Shown: positions 18,124-28,166 of the stretch, piece after piece
Layout: each line of letters starts with the position of its first letter
How positions within the stretch are numbered: the stretch's first letter is position 1
Assembly: GCA_964558645.1 (NCBI GenBank)
Contig: CAZLEV010000002.1
Span: forward strand, 160,001 to 224,000
Reading direction: 5' to 3'
Source of the DNA: an uncultured archaeon
GTDB lineage: Archaea; Asgardarchaeota; Thorarchaeia; Thorarchaeales; Thorarchaeaceae
DNA length: 64,000 nt
Program-made: the position numbers and the translations under genes
The notes under the pieces: model-generated
The model's input: the letters and a program-made list of their open reading frames with translations, nothing else
Database searches by the model: none
Told to the model about the DNA's origin: nothing

Positions 18124-19578
18124 TCAACTGCCAGTCACGCCTTTGGCGATGCGGTCGCCGATTCCTTTGTCTATGTTGCGCCAGTACTCCAATGCTCGTT
18201 CAAGCACCGGCTCTGTTACGCCATTCTTGAGATGTCCAACGACGTTGGATACCAGACGGTCACGCTGTGCATCGTTCATGACCTTGCGTATCAACGTTCC
18301 GGCCTGCCCCCAGTCATCATCATCTTTTCGCAAGGTATATGCAGCACGGACGAACTCTCCGCTGGCCTTCCATATCTCAACCTGGGGATAGCGCTCTCCG
18401 TCAGCCTTCGGACCTCCCTTCGAGTTTGGTGCGTACACGGGGTCGGAAACGTTGTCGATTCGCATCGCCCCGTCCTTACTGTAGCTATGCACAGGAGACT
18501 TTGGTCGGTTGACCGGAATCTGGTGGTAGTTGACACCCAAGCGGGCGCGGTGGGCGTCAGCATATGAGAAGAGGCGAGCGAGTAACATCTTGTCTGGGCT
18601 GGGGCCGATACCCGGCACGAGGTTGTTTGGTTGGAACGCCGCTTGCTCAATCTCGGTGTGGAAATCGGTCGGGTTGCGATTCAGTGTGAGTCGGCCAACC
18701 TCATGCAACGGGTAGTCACCGTGCGGCCAGACCTTGGTCAGGTCGAAGGGGTTGAACCGGTAGGTCTCGGCTTCTTTGAAGGGCATAATCTGTACCTTCA
18801 GCGTCCAGCTGGGGTAATCACCTCGCTTGATTGCATCAAACAGGTCTCGCCGGTGGTAGTCTGCATCCTCGCCAGCGATTCTGTCAGCCTCTTCCTGGGT
18901 GAGGATCTCGATGCCCTGGTCTGTCTTGAAGTGATATTTCACCCAGAACCGATCACCTTCTGCGTTGACCCACATGTAGGTGTGACTTGAATAGCCGTTC
19001 ATGTGCCGCCAAGTCTTGGGAACCCCGCGATCACTGAACAGTATCGTGACTTGGTGCGCTGACTCGGGCGACAGGGTCCAGAAGTCCCATTGCATGTCAT
19101 TGTCACGCAACCCGCTGTCCGCCCGGCGCTTCTGGGAGCGGATGAAGTGCTGGAACTTCATAGGATCTCGGAGGAAGAATACAGGTGTGTTGTTGCCCAC
19201 CATGTCATAATTGCCTTCGGTGGTATAGAACCTCAATGCGAAACCGCGCACATCTCGCCAAGTATCGGGGCTGCCGCGCTCACCGGCCACAGTGGAGAAG
19301 CGAATGAGGGTATCGGTCTTTGTGTCCGGTTGAAACACCGCTGCCTTGGTATAAGCGCTGACGTCTTTAGTCACCTCGAATTGACCAAAGGCGCCTGAAC
19401 CCTTTGCGTGGGGCTGACGCTCAGGGATTCGCTCCCGATTGAAGTTTGCCATCTGCTCGATGAGGTAAGCGTCCTGCAACAGGATTGGGCCATCAGGTCC
19501 AACAGTGAGGGAAAACTCGTCGCTGGCAACAGGAATCCCAGCATCAGTCGTTGTGGGTTTGCGTTCTTCTTTCTTCAT
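18124..19578 (-). CDS. katA: Monofunctional haem catalase (small subunit)
   Basis: [15 protein letters not shown] (distal His), [15 protein letters not shown] (proximal Tyr). Confidence 0.97.
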   Translation of the reverse strand: MKKEERKPTTTDAGIPVASDEFSLTVGPDGPILLQDAYLIEQMANFNRERIPERQPHAKGSGAFGQFEVTKDVSAYTKAAVFQPDTKTDTLIRFSTVAGERGSPDTWRDVRGFALRFYTTEGNYDMVGNNTPVFFLRDPMKFQHFIRSQKRRADSGLRDNDMQWDFWTLSPESAHQVTILFSDRGVPKTWRHMNGYSSHTYMWVNAEGDRFWVKYHFKTDQGIEILTQEEADRIAGEDADYHRRDLFDAIKRGDYPSWTLKVQIMPFKEAETYRFNPFDLTKVWPHGDYPLHEVGRLTLNRNPTDFHTEIEQAAFQPNNLVPGIGPSPDKMLLARLFSYADAHRARLGVNYHQIPVNRPKSPVHSYSKDGAMRIDNVSDPVYAPNSKGGPKADGERYPQVEIWKASGEFVRAAYTLRKDDDDWGQAGTLIRKVMNDAQRDRLVSNVVGHLKNGVTEPVLERALEYWRNIDKGIGDRIAKGVTGS

Positions 19579-19611
19579 GACTATATCACCATTATAGTTT
19601 AGTTCGTAGAC

Positions 19612-19642
19612 AAGCCCATCATTCTATATGCTTGATGGGCTT
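19612..19642. promoter_or_regulatory. Perfect 10-bp inverted repeat upstream of catalase
   Basis: AAGCCCATCA-N11-TGATGGGCTT, 34-64 nt upstream of the catalase ATG. Confidence 0.55.
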
Positions 19643-19769
19643 AAGGTATGAGTGAACCACAAACATGAGGGTCATTGACCTTAAAAAGTCCTCCACCACA
19701 ATGTTCGTTTCGTCTGATTCTGCCTTCAACATTCTGATCGTAAATTGAGAGGGGTCGTTCCTCTCTCCG

Positions 19770-20315
19770 TCACTTCTTTTGCACAATTAGCATCCTATAG
19801 AGTGAGTTGTTCTTTGGAAATCGCACATACGCATCCTGAAGGTGATTCCAATCTCCCTGTGCCTCGTCGAATATGGACGCGAGGACAGACTCAGCGGTCT
19901 TTGACTTGTTTATCAAGATGCAGAGAACTGCGCCAACTCTCATTTCCCTCATAATACGCTGGACCAATGCAACCTCTTTCTCCCTATCCCGCTTGTAGAA
20001 ATGAAGCATTGAATCAAGCAGGATGAGGTCGAAGCTTGGGTCAATAGGAAAATCGTAGATATCAGCAATGATGCCCTTCACTTCGAGATCATGCTTCGTG
20101 GCTTCTCGCATCATCTGGTCAATACCGACCTTTGAAATATCAACTCCCGTGACCTCATATCCAAGATGAGCCAGAGCAAGGGCATCTCGTCCCTGTCCAC
20201 ATCCTAGGTCCAGTACACTCCCTCTATCAGGATGCTCAGAGAAGTACTCTACTAGTTCAGAAACAGGTTCACCGAAGTGGTGTTCCTCCTCGTAGTACTT
20301 GTCATATCTCACCAA
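19770..20315 (-). CDS. Class I SAM-dependent methyltransferase (TehB-like)
   Basis: VLDLGCGQGRD, VTGVDIS. Confidence 0.9.
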   Translation of the reverse strand: MVRYDKYYEEEHHFGEPVSELVEYFSEHPDRGSVLDLGCGQGRDALALAHLGYEVTGVDISKVGIDQMMREATKHDLEVKGIIADIYDFPIDPSFDLILLDSMLHFYKRDREKEVALVQRIMREMRVGAVLCILINKSKTAESVLASIFDEAQGDWNHLQDAYVRFPKNNSLYRMLIVQKK

Positions 20316-20625
20316 TGTGATTCATTTTGAAGAAGCAACCCCGATTCATAAGCGTCATGGAACGGGAGGCCTTCGGACCTGAGTACATGCCGCATCGCGA
20401 AGACAAGAAGATGTAGGAGTTGCTCTCCAACCTGGGAGTATAGCCCTTCCTTCGTCATTTCACCCATTTGCCGTCCCCATAGATCATCTTACCGCACCGG
20501 GGTTATGTCTTCAAGGCACAAGTCGAGTGACTTGGCTATCGGCTGGATGATTCCGGTCAGGATGCTCTTTTATGCGCACACATCCTAGCCAGACTAGGAT
20601 ATCATTACGTACCAGGTGAAGGACC

Positions 20626-21165
20626 ATGATTGAAGACCTAGAACTACTACTTGTGATTGCTGAGATCACCGGGGTCTTTGTGGGCTTTGGTGCCCTCATT
20701 GGCCTGAGCCGCCCTAGAGACGTGGATGCTTCGCAAGTAGTCCACGTTCGTGGCGTGGTCTCCATCGGGCTCACGGTCTTTGTTGTCGCACTCCTTCCCG
20801 TTCTCCTGAACCGGTATGGGGTTGAGGGACATGCCCTCTGGTTCGTCTGTAGCCTCATCTATCTGGTGCTGAATTGGGGCAGTCTGATCCAGGGGTTCCG
20901 AGAGCCTGAGAGCCGAGCCGTGGCAACAACCCAGGCCCGAGCCCGCCCATTTCGTACCCTGTTCTTCTGGCTCTTGCTTGAGGTGCTTGTGCAGGGTCCG
21001 CTGTACCTCATTCTGTTGGGCCTGTCTCCAGACTTGGGGTCTGCGCTCTACACCACCGCGCTGCTCTTCAACCTGTTTGAGGGCGTGTTTATGCTGGCGC
21101 AGCTCGTCTATGGCCATGTCACGCCCTCAGACACCGACCATACGCCCCACGTCATCCATAGCTAG
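20626..21165 (+). CDS. Hypothetical multi-pass membrane protein
   Basis: About 5 hydrophobic helices; AEITGVFVGF N-terminus; AGGTGAAGGA SD-like site. Confidence 0.75.
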   Translation: MIEDLELLLVIAEITGVFVGFGALIGLSRPRDVDASQVVHVRGVVSIGLTVFVVALLPVLLNRYGVEGHALWFVCSLIYLVLNWGSLIQGFREPESRAVATTQARARPFRTLFFWLLLEVLVQGPLYLILLGLSPDLGSALYTTALLFNLFEGVFMLAQLVYGHVTPSDTDHTPHVIHS

Positions 21166-21426
21166 GCCATGATGAGGAGAATAAGAGGCACGTTAGTCGG
21201 AAGACTACCAACTCGCCAATTGCCCCCATCTCCCCGGTTCTGGTCATACAACAATAGGGTGACGAGTCTACCTAGAGTGCTCTGCCCTAGGTCTCATTCA
21301 GCCATGCTCCAAGTTTCCTATTTCCTTGTCACTCTTCATGCTCACAGATGATGCCTCCACAGCCTGGACGCTCCTGAGCAGTAATCCATAAGAGGTGCCT
21401 ACGGAGTACTCTACAGCGAGAGTAGT

Positions 21427-21747
21427 ATGATGATGCAAGAAGGACAGACCATGTTTGCCTTCAATATTCCGTCCATCCTGGCACTGGGATTCATCCTTGC
21501 TGTGGTCCTCATGGTGTTAGGCTATCGCGAGAGTCAGACTCCAAGTCGTGCCAATCTGCTCTTCAGAGCCGGCCTCACGTTTCTTGGTGTGATGATTGCA
21601 CTCACACCGATGGTATGGTATGTGTACCTGGAGCTCTATCTGACTGGTTTCGTCATGTCATTGTCTGATATGGCCATCTTTGGATTGGGTATGTTTTCTG
21701 GAGGCACAGTCACAGGCGTCGGTGCCACATTCAGGTTGCGGAAGTGA
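21427..21747 (+). CDS. Small 3-TM membrane protein
   Basis: Hydrophobic 106-aa ORF. Confidence 0.65.
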   Translation: MMMQEGQTMFAFNIPSILALGFILAVVLMVLGYRESQTPSRANLLFRAGLTFLGVMIALTPMVWYVYLELYLTGFVMSLSDMAIFGLGMFSGGTVTGVGATFRLRK

Positions 21748-22130
21748 GGCTTGGCCTAGACTGATTCAAGACTTCCTCCGGACTGGAGCAGGCTCCGATA
21801 CGAGGGTAGTTACAGGCCACCATAGAACAGTGTCTATGGTAGGCGCTGTTAGTGGGTGAACTTCAGGGGGTTTCAGCGCGCAAACAGAGAAGAGAGCTAC
21901 AGTCCTGAATACGTCACATTGGGCCGAGAGAAACGGACGTAGCTTCTGTCCAGAAAGCCGGGTCCTCTGACCCCCTCGTCGTCTTATTCCACTTTACCGC
22001 CGGCATCAAGCAATCCAGCCTTCAGGAAGACCAACGCCCAAGAAAGCGACCGGGTTCACAGGCCTTCTACCTCTTTCGCACCAGAGTTACTACGAGGGCA
22101 AGAACTCATTAGCAGAAGTGGGCAATGCAT

Positions 22131-22147
22131 TGTGACGCATAGTCACA
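22131..22147. promoter_or_regulatory. Palindromic operator candidate TGTGAC-N5-GTCACA
   Basis: TGTGACGCATAGTCACA directly upstream of a TATA-like GATATAA and the ATG at 22177. Confidence 0.6.
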
Positions 22148-22176
22148 TGAGGATATAACGGCAGGGGTTCATCAGC

Positions 22177-22488
22177 ATGGCAATAATCGTGAGTTACTTC
22201 CCGCTCCTCACTTACATCATCCTTATTCTGGGTGTCATATATCTCCTCTACAGGAAACACTGGATAGAACAAGGTAGTTTTCGGAGGAAAGCACTCACCG
22301 TTCTTGGCATCAGCATCTCGTGTTCACTCCTGAACCTCATATTACTGACAGCCCCAATTCTCGATGGAGATGCGTTTGTCAACAGCCTATCAGAGCTCGT
22401 GATGTGGATATGGCCTGACCTCCTCATGCTTGCGGTCTTGAGTACTGATATCATCAGGACACCTGGTGTCCGTGTTCCACGAGAGTGA
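22177..22488 (+). CDS. Small 3-TM membrane protein (paralog B)
   Basis: Paralog of 17424..17738. Confidence 0.8.
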   Translation: MAIIVSYFPLLTYIILILGVIYLLYRKHWIEQGSFRRKALTVLGISISCSLLNLILLTAPILDGDAFVNSLSELVMWIWPDLLMLAVLSTDIIRTPGVRVPRE

Positions 22489-22601
22489 TAGCTCTTCCAC
22501 CAGGGCGAGTTTGGTCTTCAATCATCATCGGTTCTTAAGAATGCCACACGAGGTGTCTGACCCGTGTCGCCTATCCAGATGGGTCTTCTTAGGTCGTCCA
22601 G

Positions 22602-23750
22602 CTACAGTGCTCTCTCGATGTCTTCGATTAGATCGTCGATATCCTCGATGCCTACCGAGACCCGTACAAGATTGTCCTTGATACCAACCTGTTCCCTTGT
22701 TTCTCTGGGAATGCTTGCATGGGTCATAGTAGCAGGATGTTCTATCAGTGATTCAACTCCGCCCAGGCTCTCTGCAAGCAGAAAGACTCGGAGTTTCTTC
22801 ATGAACTCTCTCACTGCCTGGATATCGCCTTTCAACTCGAAGGAAAGCATTCCCCCAAAGCCTCTCATCTGTTTCTGAGCAAGTTCATGCTGGGGATGAC
22901 TTGGAAGACCCGGATAATAGACTTGATCCACTCTATCGTTGTCTTGGAGGTATGTGGCAATCCTGAGGGCATTGTCTGCGTGTTTCTCCATCCTCAGAGG
23001 TAGTGTCTTTATTCCTCGAAGGACCAAGAAGCAGTCGAATGGAGAGGGCACGGCTCCCACAGCGTTCTGGTTGAACCTGACCTTCTCATGTAGATCATCA
23101 TCGGACAGCACGACTGCTCCTCCAACTACGTCGCTGTGTCCACCGAGGTACTTCGTGGTACTATAGACAACAACATCAGCTCCAAGAGACAGGGGGGACT
23201 GGAAATACGGGCTCATGAAGGTGTTGTCCACTGCGGTGATGACTCCCTCTTCTCGTGAGATATCTGCAATCTCTCGTATGTCACACATACGCATCAGTGG
23301 ATTAGTAGGTGTTTCCAACCAGACTAGTTTGGTCTTGTCGGTTATTGCTTGGTGCACATTCTCAGAGTCTCGTGCATCGACATAGGTAAACTCCACTCCA
23401 AACTTGGCCAGAACACTGTCAAACAACCGGCGTGTTCCGCCGTATAGGTCATCAAATGCGACAACATGGTCCCCCGCGCTGCAGACTGAGAGGAGCAGGG
23501 TGGTCTCCGCTGCCATCCCAGAGGCAAAGGTCACGCTATGCCGAGCATCGTCAAGAGATGCAAGCCGCGTTTCCAGAGCGTCTCGGGTAGCATTCCCGGT
23601 TCGAGAGTACTCATAACCCCCGGTGGGTCTATCCAGTTCCCTTCTGGCAAACGTAGATGCCAGATGAATTGGCGTCACAACATCTCCATATCCCCTCTGA
23701 TTCAGCCTCGGCTCTTCTCCGATGTGAATCGCTTTGGTCGCTATCTTCAT
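22602..23750 (-). CDS. Cystathionine gamma-lyase/synthase family PLP enzyme
   Basis: YSRTGN, ETPTNP, VDNTF, STTKYLGGHSD (PLP Lys), ESLGGVESL. Start MKIATKAIH at 23750 overlaps the upstream stop. Confidence 0.95.
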   Translation of the reverse strand: MKIATKAIHIGEEPRLNQRGYGDVVTPIHLASTFARRELDRPTGGYEYSRTGNATRDALETRLASLDDARHSVTFASGMAAETTLLLSVCSAGDHVVAFDDLYGGTRRLFDSVLAKFGVEFTYVDARDSENVHQAITDKTKLVWLETPTNPLMRMCDIREIADISREEGVITAVDNTFMSPYFQSPLSLGADVVVYSTTKYLGGHSDVVGGAVVLSDDDLHEKVRFNQNAVGAVPSPFDCFLVLRGIKTLPLRMEKHADNALRIATYLQDNDRVDQVYYPGLPSHPQHELAQKQMRGFGGMLSFELKGDIQAVREFMKKLRVFLLAESLGGVESLIEHPATMTHASIPRETREQVGIKDNLVRVSVGIEDIDDLIEDIERAL

Positions 23751-24742
23751 ACCGCACATTCCTCCTCTGTTCCCTCTAGGAGTCCCTGTTCTCTCATCCA
23801 CTCATCCGAGAAGATCTTGCTGAGATAGTTCCTGCTGGTATCAGGTAGTAAGACCACAAGGAATTGGTTCTCTTCCATTCCTTTGGCGACCTGTAGGGCT
23901 GCATGCATAGCTGCTCCTGACGACCCTCCTGCCAGGATGCCCTCTTCTCGCACAAGCCTTCTGGCTGTCAGCAACGCATCCTTGTCACTGACTGTCACAA
24001 TCTCATCAATGGTCTCCATGTCGAGGGTGTCCGGCATGAAGTCCTCTCCAATCCCCTCTGTCAGATATGTGTGTGTATCTCCCTTGGTATTGTAGAACTC
24101 GTGGTGGTACATTGAACCTTCGGGATCCACTCCTATCACTCTGATCTCAGGATTGTTCTCCTTCAGGTATCTTCCAGTCCCAGTGATGGTACCCCCCGTA
24201 CCGATTCCTGCCACGAAGACATCGACCTTTCCATCAGTCTGTCTCCAGATCTCGGGCCCTGTTGTCTTGTAATGGACAGCCGGATTTGCCATATTGTAGT
24301 ACTGGTTCATCATGAATGTACGTGGATTCTCCTCAGCTATTCGTTCGGCGACCCTCACATAGCTCTCGGGATCATCTGGTTCAACATCAGTTGGAGTAAC
24401 GATCACCTTTGCGCATAGCGATCGTAGGAGCGCGATCTTCTCTTGACTCATCTTATCCGGAATGGTTACTATCATCTTGTAGCCCTTCACAACGGCCGCT
24501 AATGCCAAGCCAATGCCTGTGTTCCCAGAAGTGGGTTCTACCAGTGTGTCTCCTGGCTTGATCTTTCCCCTCTTCTCAGCCTCATCGATCATCGCAATGC
24601 CGATCCGGTCTTTCACACTACCTCCCGGATTGAAGAACTCGGCCTTCGCGAGAATTGTGGGTCTTAGGCCCTTGCTCATCCTCTGAATCTTGACCAGAGG
24701 AGTGTTTCCAATCGTATCCAAGACGGTTTCATGCACATCCAT
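23747..24742 (-). CDS. Cystathionine beta-synthase / cysteine synthase family (no regulatory CBS domain)
   Basis: IGNTPLV, NPGGSVKDR, EPTSGNTG, GIGTGGT, EGIG. Likely start MDVHETV at 24742. Confidence 0.95.
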   Translation of the reverse strand: MDVHETVLDTIGNTPLVKIQRMSKGLRPTILAKAEFFNPGGSVKDRIGIAMIDEAEKRGKIKPGDTLVEPTSGNTGIGLALAAVVKGYKMIVTIPDKMSQEKIALLRSLCAKVIVTPTDVEPDDPESYVRVAERIAEENPRTFMMNQYYNMANPAVHYKTTGPEIWRQTDGKVDVFVAGIGTGGTITGTGRYLKENNPEIRVIGVDPEGSMYHHEFYNTKGDTHTYLTEGIGEDFMPDTLDMETIDEIVTVSDKDALLTARRLVREEGILAGGSSGAAMHAALQVAKGMEENQFLVVLLPDTSRNYLSKIFSDEWMREQGLLEGTEEECAV

Positions 24743-25066
24743 GTTCTTCTCACCTTCATGATGACTAAACACTACGCCCCGCAGGGATGACGCACAGAGA
24801 GTCACCACGCCAACATAACCATAGTTAATACCATGATATGTATTTCGATTTCTACATCTCCAATTGAATACGACCAGTGATGGCAACAGATTATTATGGC
24901 ATTTAGAAACCTACACCAAAGGTTCAACACCCATCTAAGGGATGTCCAACTCTGTCCTGATTTTAAGAAACTGCTGAATACCCTGAGAACTTCCAGTACC
25001 GCTGGGAGAGTCAGGTTCAGGTTCGGTAGCGACCAGAAGGAGTCTCACCTCTCTATCCATATCATT

Positions 25067-26071
25067 CTACTCCAGAGCATCAGCAAGCTCCTGAAGCGAC
25101 ACGCCAGTCACATCCTGAGTTGTCCTGACGACTCTGATAGCATAGTCGCGATACTCGTTCTGAAACAGGGAGGCTGTTTCCTCGGTCTCGCTCATGATCC
25201 GATGATTGAACACAGAAGAGTAGATTCTGAGCAGATTCCAGAGCGATGAGAGCACCATGAAGTACTCAAGTTCCTGAACCTTCTTCCCGGAGAGAGACTG
25301 GTACTGTGCCACGACTTCCTCCCGCACATCAAATCCCATTGAGCTGAGAAACATGACCGCGAAGCTCAAGTCGTACCTGCAGTCCCCCAGTCTGGTATTC
25401 GCCCAGTCGATGGTTGCAATACCATCAGAGGGTCTCACGAGATTGTTCAGCCCGTGGTAATCTGCATGCAAGAGGACAGGAGGTCCGACACCCACCTGGT
25501 TGGTCTCCATCCAGTCGATAACGGGCAAGAGGGCACCTATCCGATGTTCCTTGATAGTCCTCCTCGGAGCTGTCAACTCATTGGTGATGAAGAGCTGTGG
25601 ATCTTCGGCTATGCCCATCCTGTCAAGAAAGCCGAGTCCTTCTGTCCAGTCCACCGAATGTATCGCGACAAGATTCCTCACGAACATCTCCACCAGTTCG
25701 TTGAATCGGTGTGTGGATTGTGAGGCAAGAAGCTCCTCGGAGAGGAGGGGTCCATCGATGCGTTCCATGATGATATACGCCCTCCCGGTCACGCTGGACT
25801 CTCCATTATAGATATACGGCCGAGGAACACCCACACCCCTCGCGTAGAGATTCTGTAAGACACGGAACTCCTTTCTTCCGGTACCAGAGGCCTGAGGGCG
25901 GTAGATTCGTAGGATGAAAGGGAGGGAATGGGAATCCGACACGAGATCAAAGCTAAAGATGGTTGTGTCAGCACCTCCAAGAATCTGCTTGAACGCGCTC
26001 AGCCCACAGTCTCGATACTCTGGATACTTCTCAGATACGAGTTCGAGAATCTCATCCCTGTATTCACTCAT
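25067..26071 (-). CDS. APH/choline-kinase-like phosphotransferase
   Basis: VPRPY, IMERIDG, LLHADYHGLNNLV, IDW motifs. Confidence 0.9.
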   Translation of the reverse strand: MSEYRDEILELVSEKYPEYRDCGLSAFKQILGGADTTIFSFDLVSDSHSLPFILRIYRPQASGTGRKEFRVLQNLYARGVGVPRPYIYNGESSVTGRAYIIMERIDGPLLSEELLASQSTHRFNELVEMFVRNLVAIHSVDWTEGLGFLDRMGIAEDPQLFITNELTAPRRTIKEHRIGALLPVIDWMETNQVGVGPPVLLHADYHGLNNLVRPSDGIATIDWANTRLGDCRYDLSFAVMFLSSMGFDVREEVVAQYQSLSGKKVQELEYFMVLSSLWNLLRIYSSVFNHRIMSETEETASLFQNEYRDYAIRVVRTTQDVTGVSLQELADALE

Positions 26072-26278
26072 GTTGAGTCCTCCAAATAACTGTCATGCAG
26101 TACTGATTCAGGTGTCTGATAGTCATTGTGGCTCATGAAAACTTCGGAGTCGAGTGCCTTTCGTATCGCCAGGAGCAGATCTAGATGACCAGCTTGGGAT
26201 TGCGCAGTATCCCTCTCGCTTTCCTTCTGCGACAACAGTTAATATCAGGGGGCACTGCCCTATGATTGACACCGATAG

Positions 26279-27580
26279 GTGAGAGAGATGAAGGCCAAAC
26301 GGATTCTGCGATATATCTTGCTTCTGCTCTGCTATGCCATCATAGGCCTCTTTGGATTCATCACAGTCCTCTACCTCTTCCTTGACTCATCCACGCTCGG
26401 CTGGCTCATCACTCTGATCTATCCCAGTGTTGCACCACTCCTCTTCATCCTAGTTCTGACAAGTGGAGTGATAATCATCAGGTTCTCCTTCATGAGGAAA
26501 CGAAGAGAGATGGCAGTCGTTGGGGCCATCTGTACCTTCATCTTCATCGGAGCCATCATCCCCTACCCAGCGATTCCCTTTGGTCTTGCTGAGACCGAGC
26601 AGCAGATGTTGTCAGTCTATGGGACACAGTACACCGACCTAGATACTTCAGGAATGAGACCTGTTCCCTACTCAGTCTTCGACAGCCTGTTCGGGATGCC
26701 TATCGATCAGACAGGATTCAATGTCCAACACGACATACCCTATCTCGACAATGGCCAAGACACCTTCCGCTTCGACTGGTACTGTCCTGCGGGAGAGGGT
26801 CCATTCCCCGTGATCATAGCAATCCATGGTGGTGCATGGGTTCTTGGCAACAAAGGGAGCATGAACATCCCCCTCTTCAACAAGTACTTCGCGTCGAGGG
26901 GATTTGCTGTGTTCGATATTCAATACGGGCTCTTTGACGTCTCAACCCTGCCCGAGAGTTCGTTCGGTGTGTTCTCCAATCTTGCCTCACTTACTTCCTT
27001 CACCTACAATGGGAGCTACAACATTGAGGATCAGGTCGAGAACGTAGGGTATTTCACGAAGATGCTCGAACTCAACAGCTCAAGATACAGGGTGGACATG
27101 GGCAATGTCTTCGTTGTGGGAAGGTCGGCAGGAGGAAATCTTGCATCTCTCGTGACTCTGGGCCACAAGAACCCGTTGTTTGCAGGTAACTTCTCCACCA
27201 CCATGACTGTCAGAGGGGGCATCTGGGTCTATCCGGTGACCAACATCACGAGGGATGAGTCAGGCTCCTTTGACCCCTTTGTTGAAGGAAACCTCCCTAT
27301 CGAGGAGCAGTACAAGAAGCTCTTTGCAGCCTCGCTCATCTCGAACAGCACGGTTGTTCCTCCCATCATGATTGTCCATGGGAGTAAGGATGGACTGGCC
27401 GACTATGAGAGTCAGGGAGTGAGATTCTATCGGCTAGCGAATAGCCTTGGGCGCAGATGCATTCTCATCACCATCCCGTGGGCAGGACATGGCTTTGACT
27501 ACAACTTCTATGGCTACGGAGGACAGATCTCGACGTACTACATTGAACGTTTTATGGCCGTAGAACTGGGAGGTGAATAG
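26279..27580 (+). CDS. Membrane-anchored HSL-like alpha/beta hydrolase (esterase/lipase)
   Basis: Three N-terminal TMs; HGGAW oxyanion motif, GRSAGG nucleophile, HGSKD, AGHGFD. Confidence 0.9.
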   Translation: MREMKAKRILRYILLLLCYAIIGLFGFITVLYLFLDSSTLGWLITLIYPSVAPLLFILVLTSGVIIIRFSFMRKRREMAVVGAICTFIFIGAIIPYPAIPFGLAETEQQMLSVYGTQYTDLDTSGMRPVPYSVFDSLFGMPIDQTGFNVQHDIPYLDNGQDTFRFDWYCPAGEGPFPVIIAIHGGAWVLGNKGSMNIPLFNKYFASRGFAVFDIQYGLFDVSTLPESSFGVFSNLASLTSFTYNGSYNIEDQVENVGYFTKMLELNSSRYRVDMGNVFVVGRSAGGNLASLVTLGHKNPLFAGNFSTTMTVRGGIWVYPVTNITRDESGSFDPFVEGNLPIEEQYKKLFAASLISNSTVVPPIMIVHGSKDGLADYESQGVRFYRLANSLGRRCILITIPWAGHGFDYNFYGYGGQISTYYIERFMAVELGGE

Positions 27581-27582
27581 GT

Positions 27583-28011
27583 GTGCAGGCGATAGAACAT
27601 CTCACAAGCCGCACAGTGCTGAGGATATACTCGTTCCTGACGTCGTTGATATTGACCCTCAGTATTCTTTTGTCTCAATTCGGTACCATGGGCAGTTTCC
27701 TGATCCAATCGACCGCGTCGGCAACAATCGTTGTTGGGACCCTTCTCATGCTATTCCAAATCCTGCTGGCCATTCAGCTAGCAGACAGAAATGACAATGT
27801 CGGATGGGTCCTCCATCTGTTCGCATATGTGACATTGTTAGTCATGATATTCTCATTTCTCTCAGTGGTCGGAGCCACGTTTCTCTCGTCCTTTTCCGTC
27901 GTCGGAGGGAATCTCATGGTCATTGCTGTGATTGGGTATACCATGCAGGCCAGCTTTGGAATATGCCTTTCAGCAGTCTGCTATCACTTCCTACAGATTG
28001 AAGAGGCCTGA
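27583..28011 (+). CDS. Hypothetical 4-TM membrane protein
   Basis: Hydrophobic ORF starting 2 nt after the hydrolase stop; GGAGGTG SD. Confidence 0.7.
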   Translation: MQAIEHLTSRTVLRIYSFLTSLILTLSILLSQFGTMGSFLIQSTASATIVVGTLLMLFQILLAIQLADRNDNVGWVLHLFAYVTLLVMIFSFLSVVGATFLSSFSVVGGNLMVIAVIGYTMQASFGICLSAVCYHFLQIEEA

Positions 28012-28166
28012 CAGAAGTAGTCGATAGAAGGCGTCGGATATACTGCAACGAGATTTCTCTCTCCAAATGTGCTTAGCGGTACAGGAGTATGTTCAGGAAC
28101 CTCGCGATCGGCCATTCATCCTCTTTGAGGCTTTTCCACCGTGGTTAATCTGCCACATCTGGACCC

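Larger units (their letters stand above)
22005..22547 (+). repeat. Diverged direct repeat, copy 2
   Basis: Aligns with 17251-17797. Confidence 0.9.

Noticed and set aside
17251-22547. Direct repeats as IS elements of a composite transposon
   Set aside because: No transposase, terminal inverted repeats or target-site duplication; the repeated ORF is a small membrane protein.
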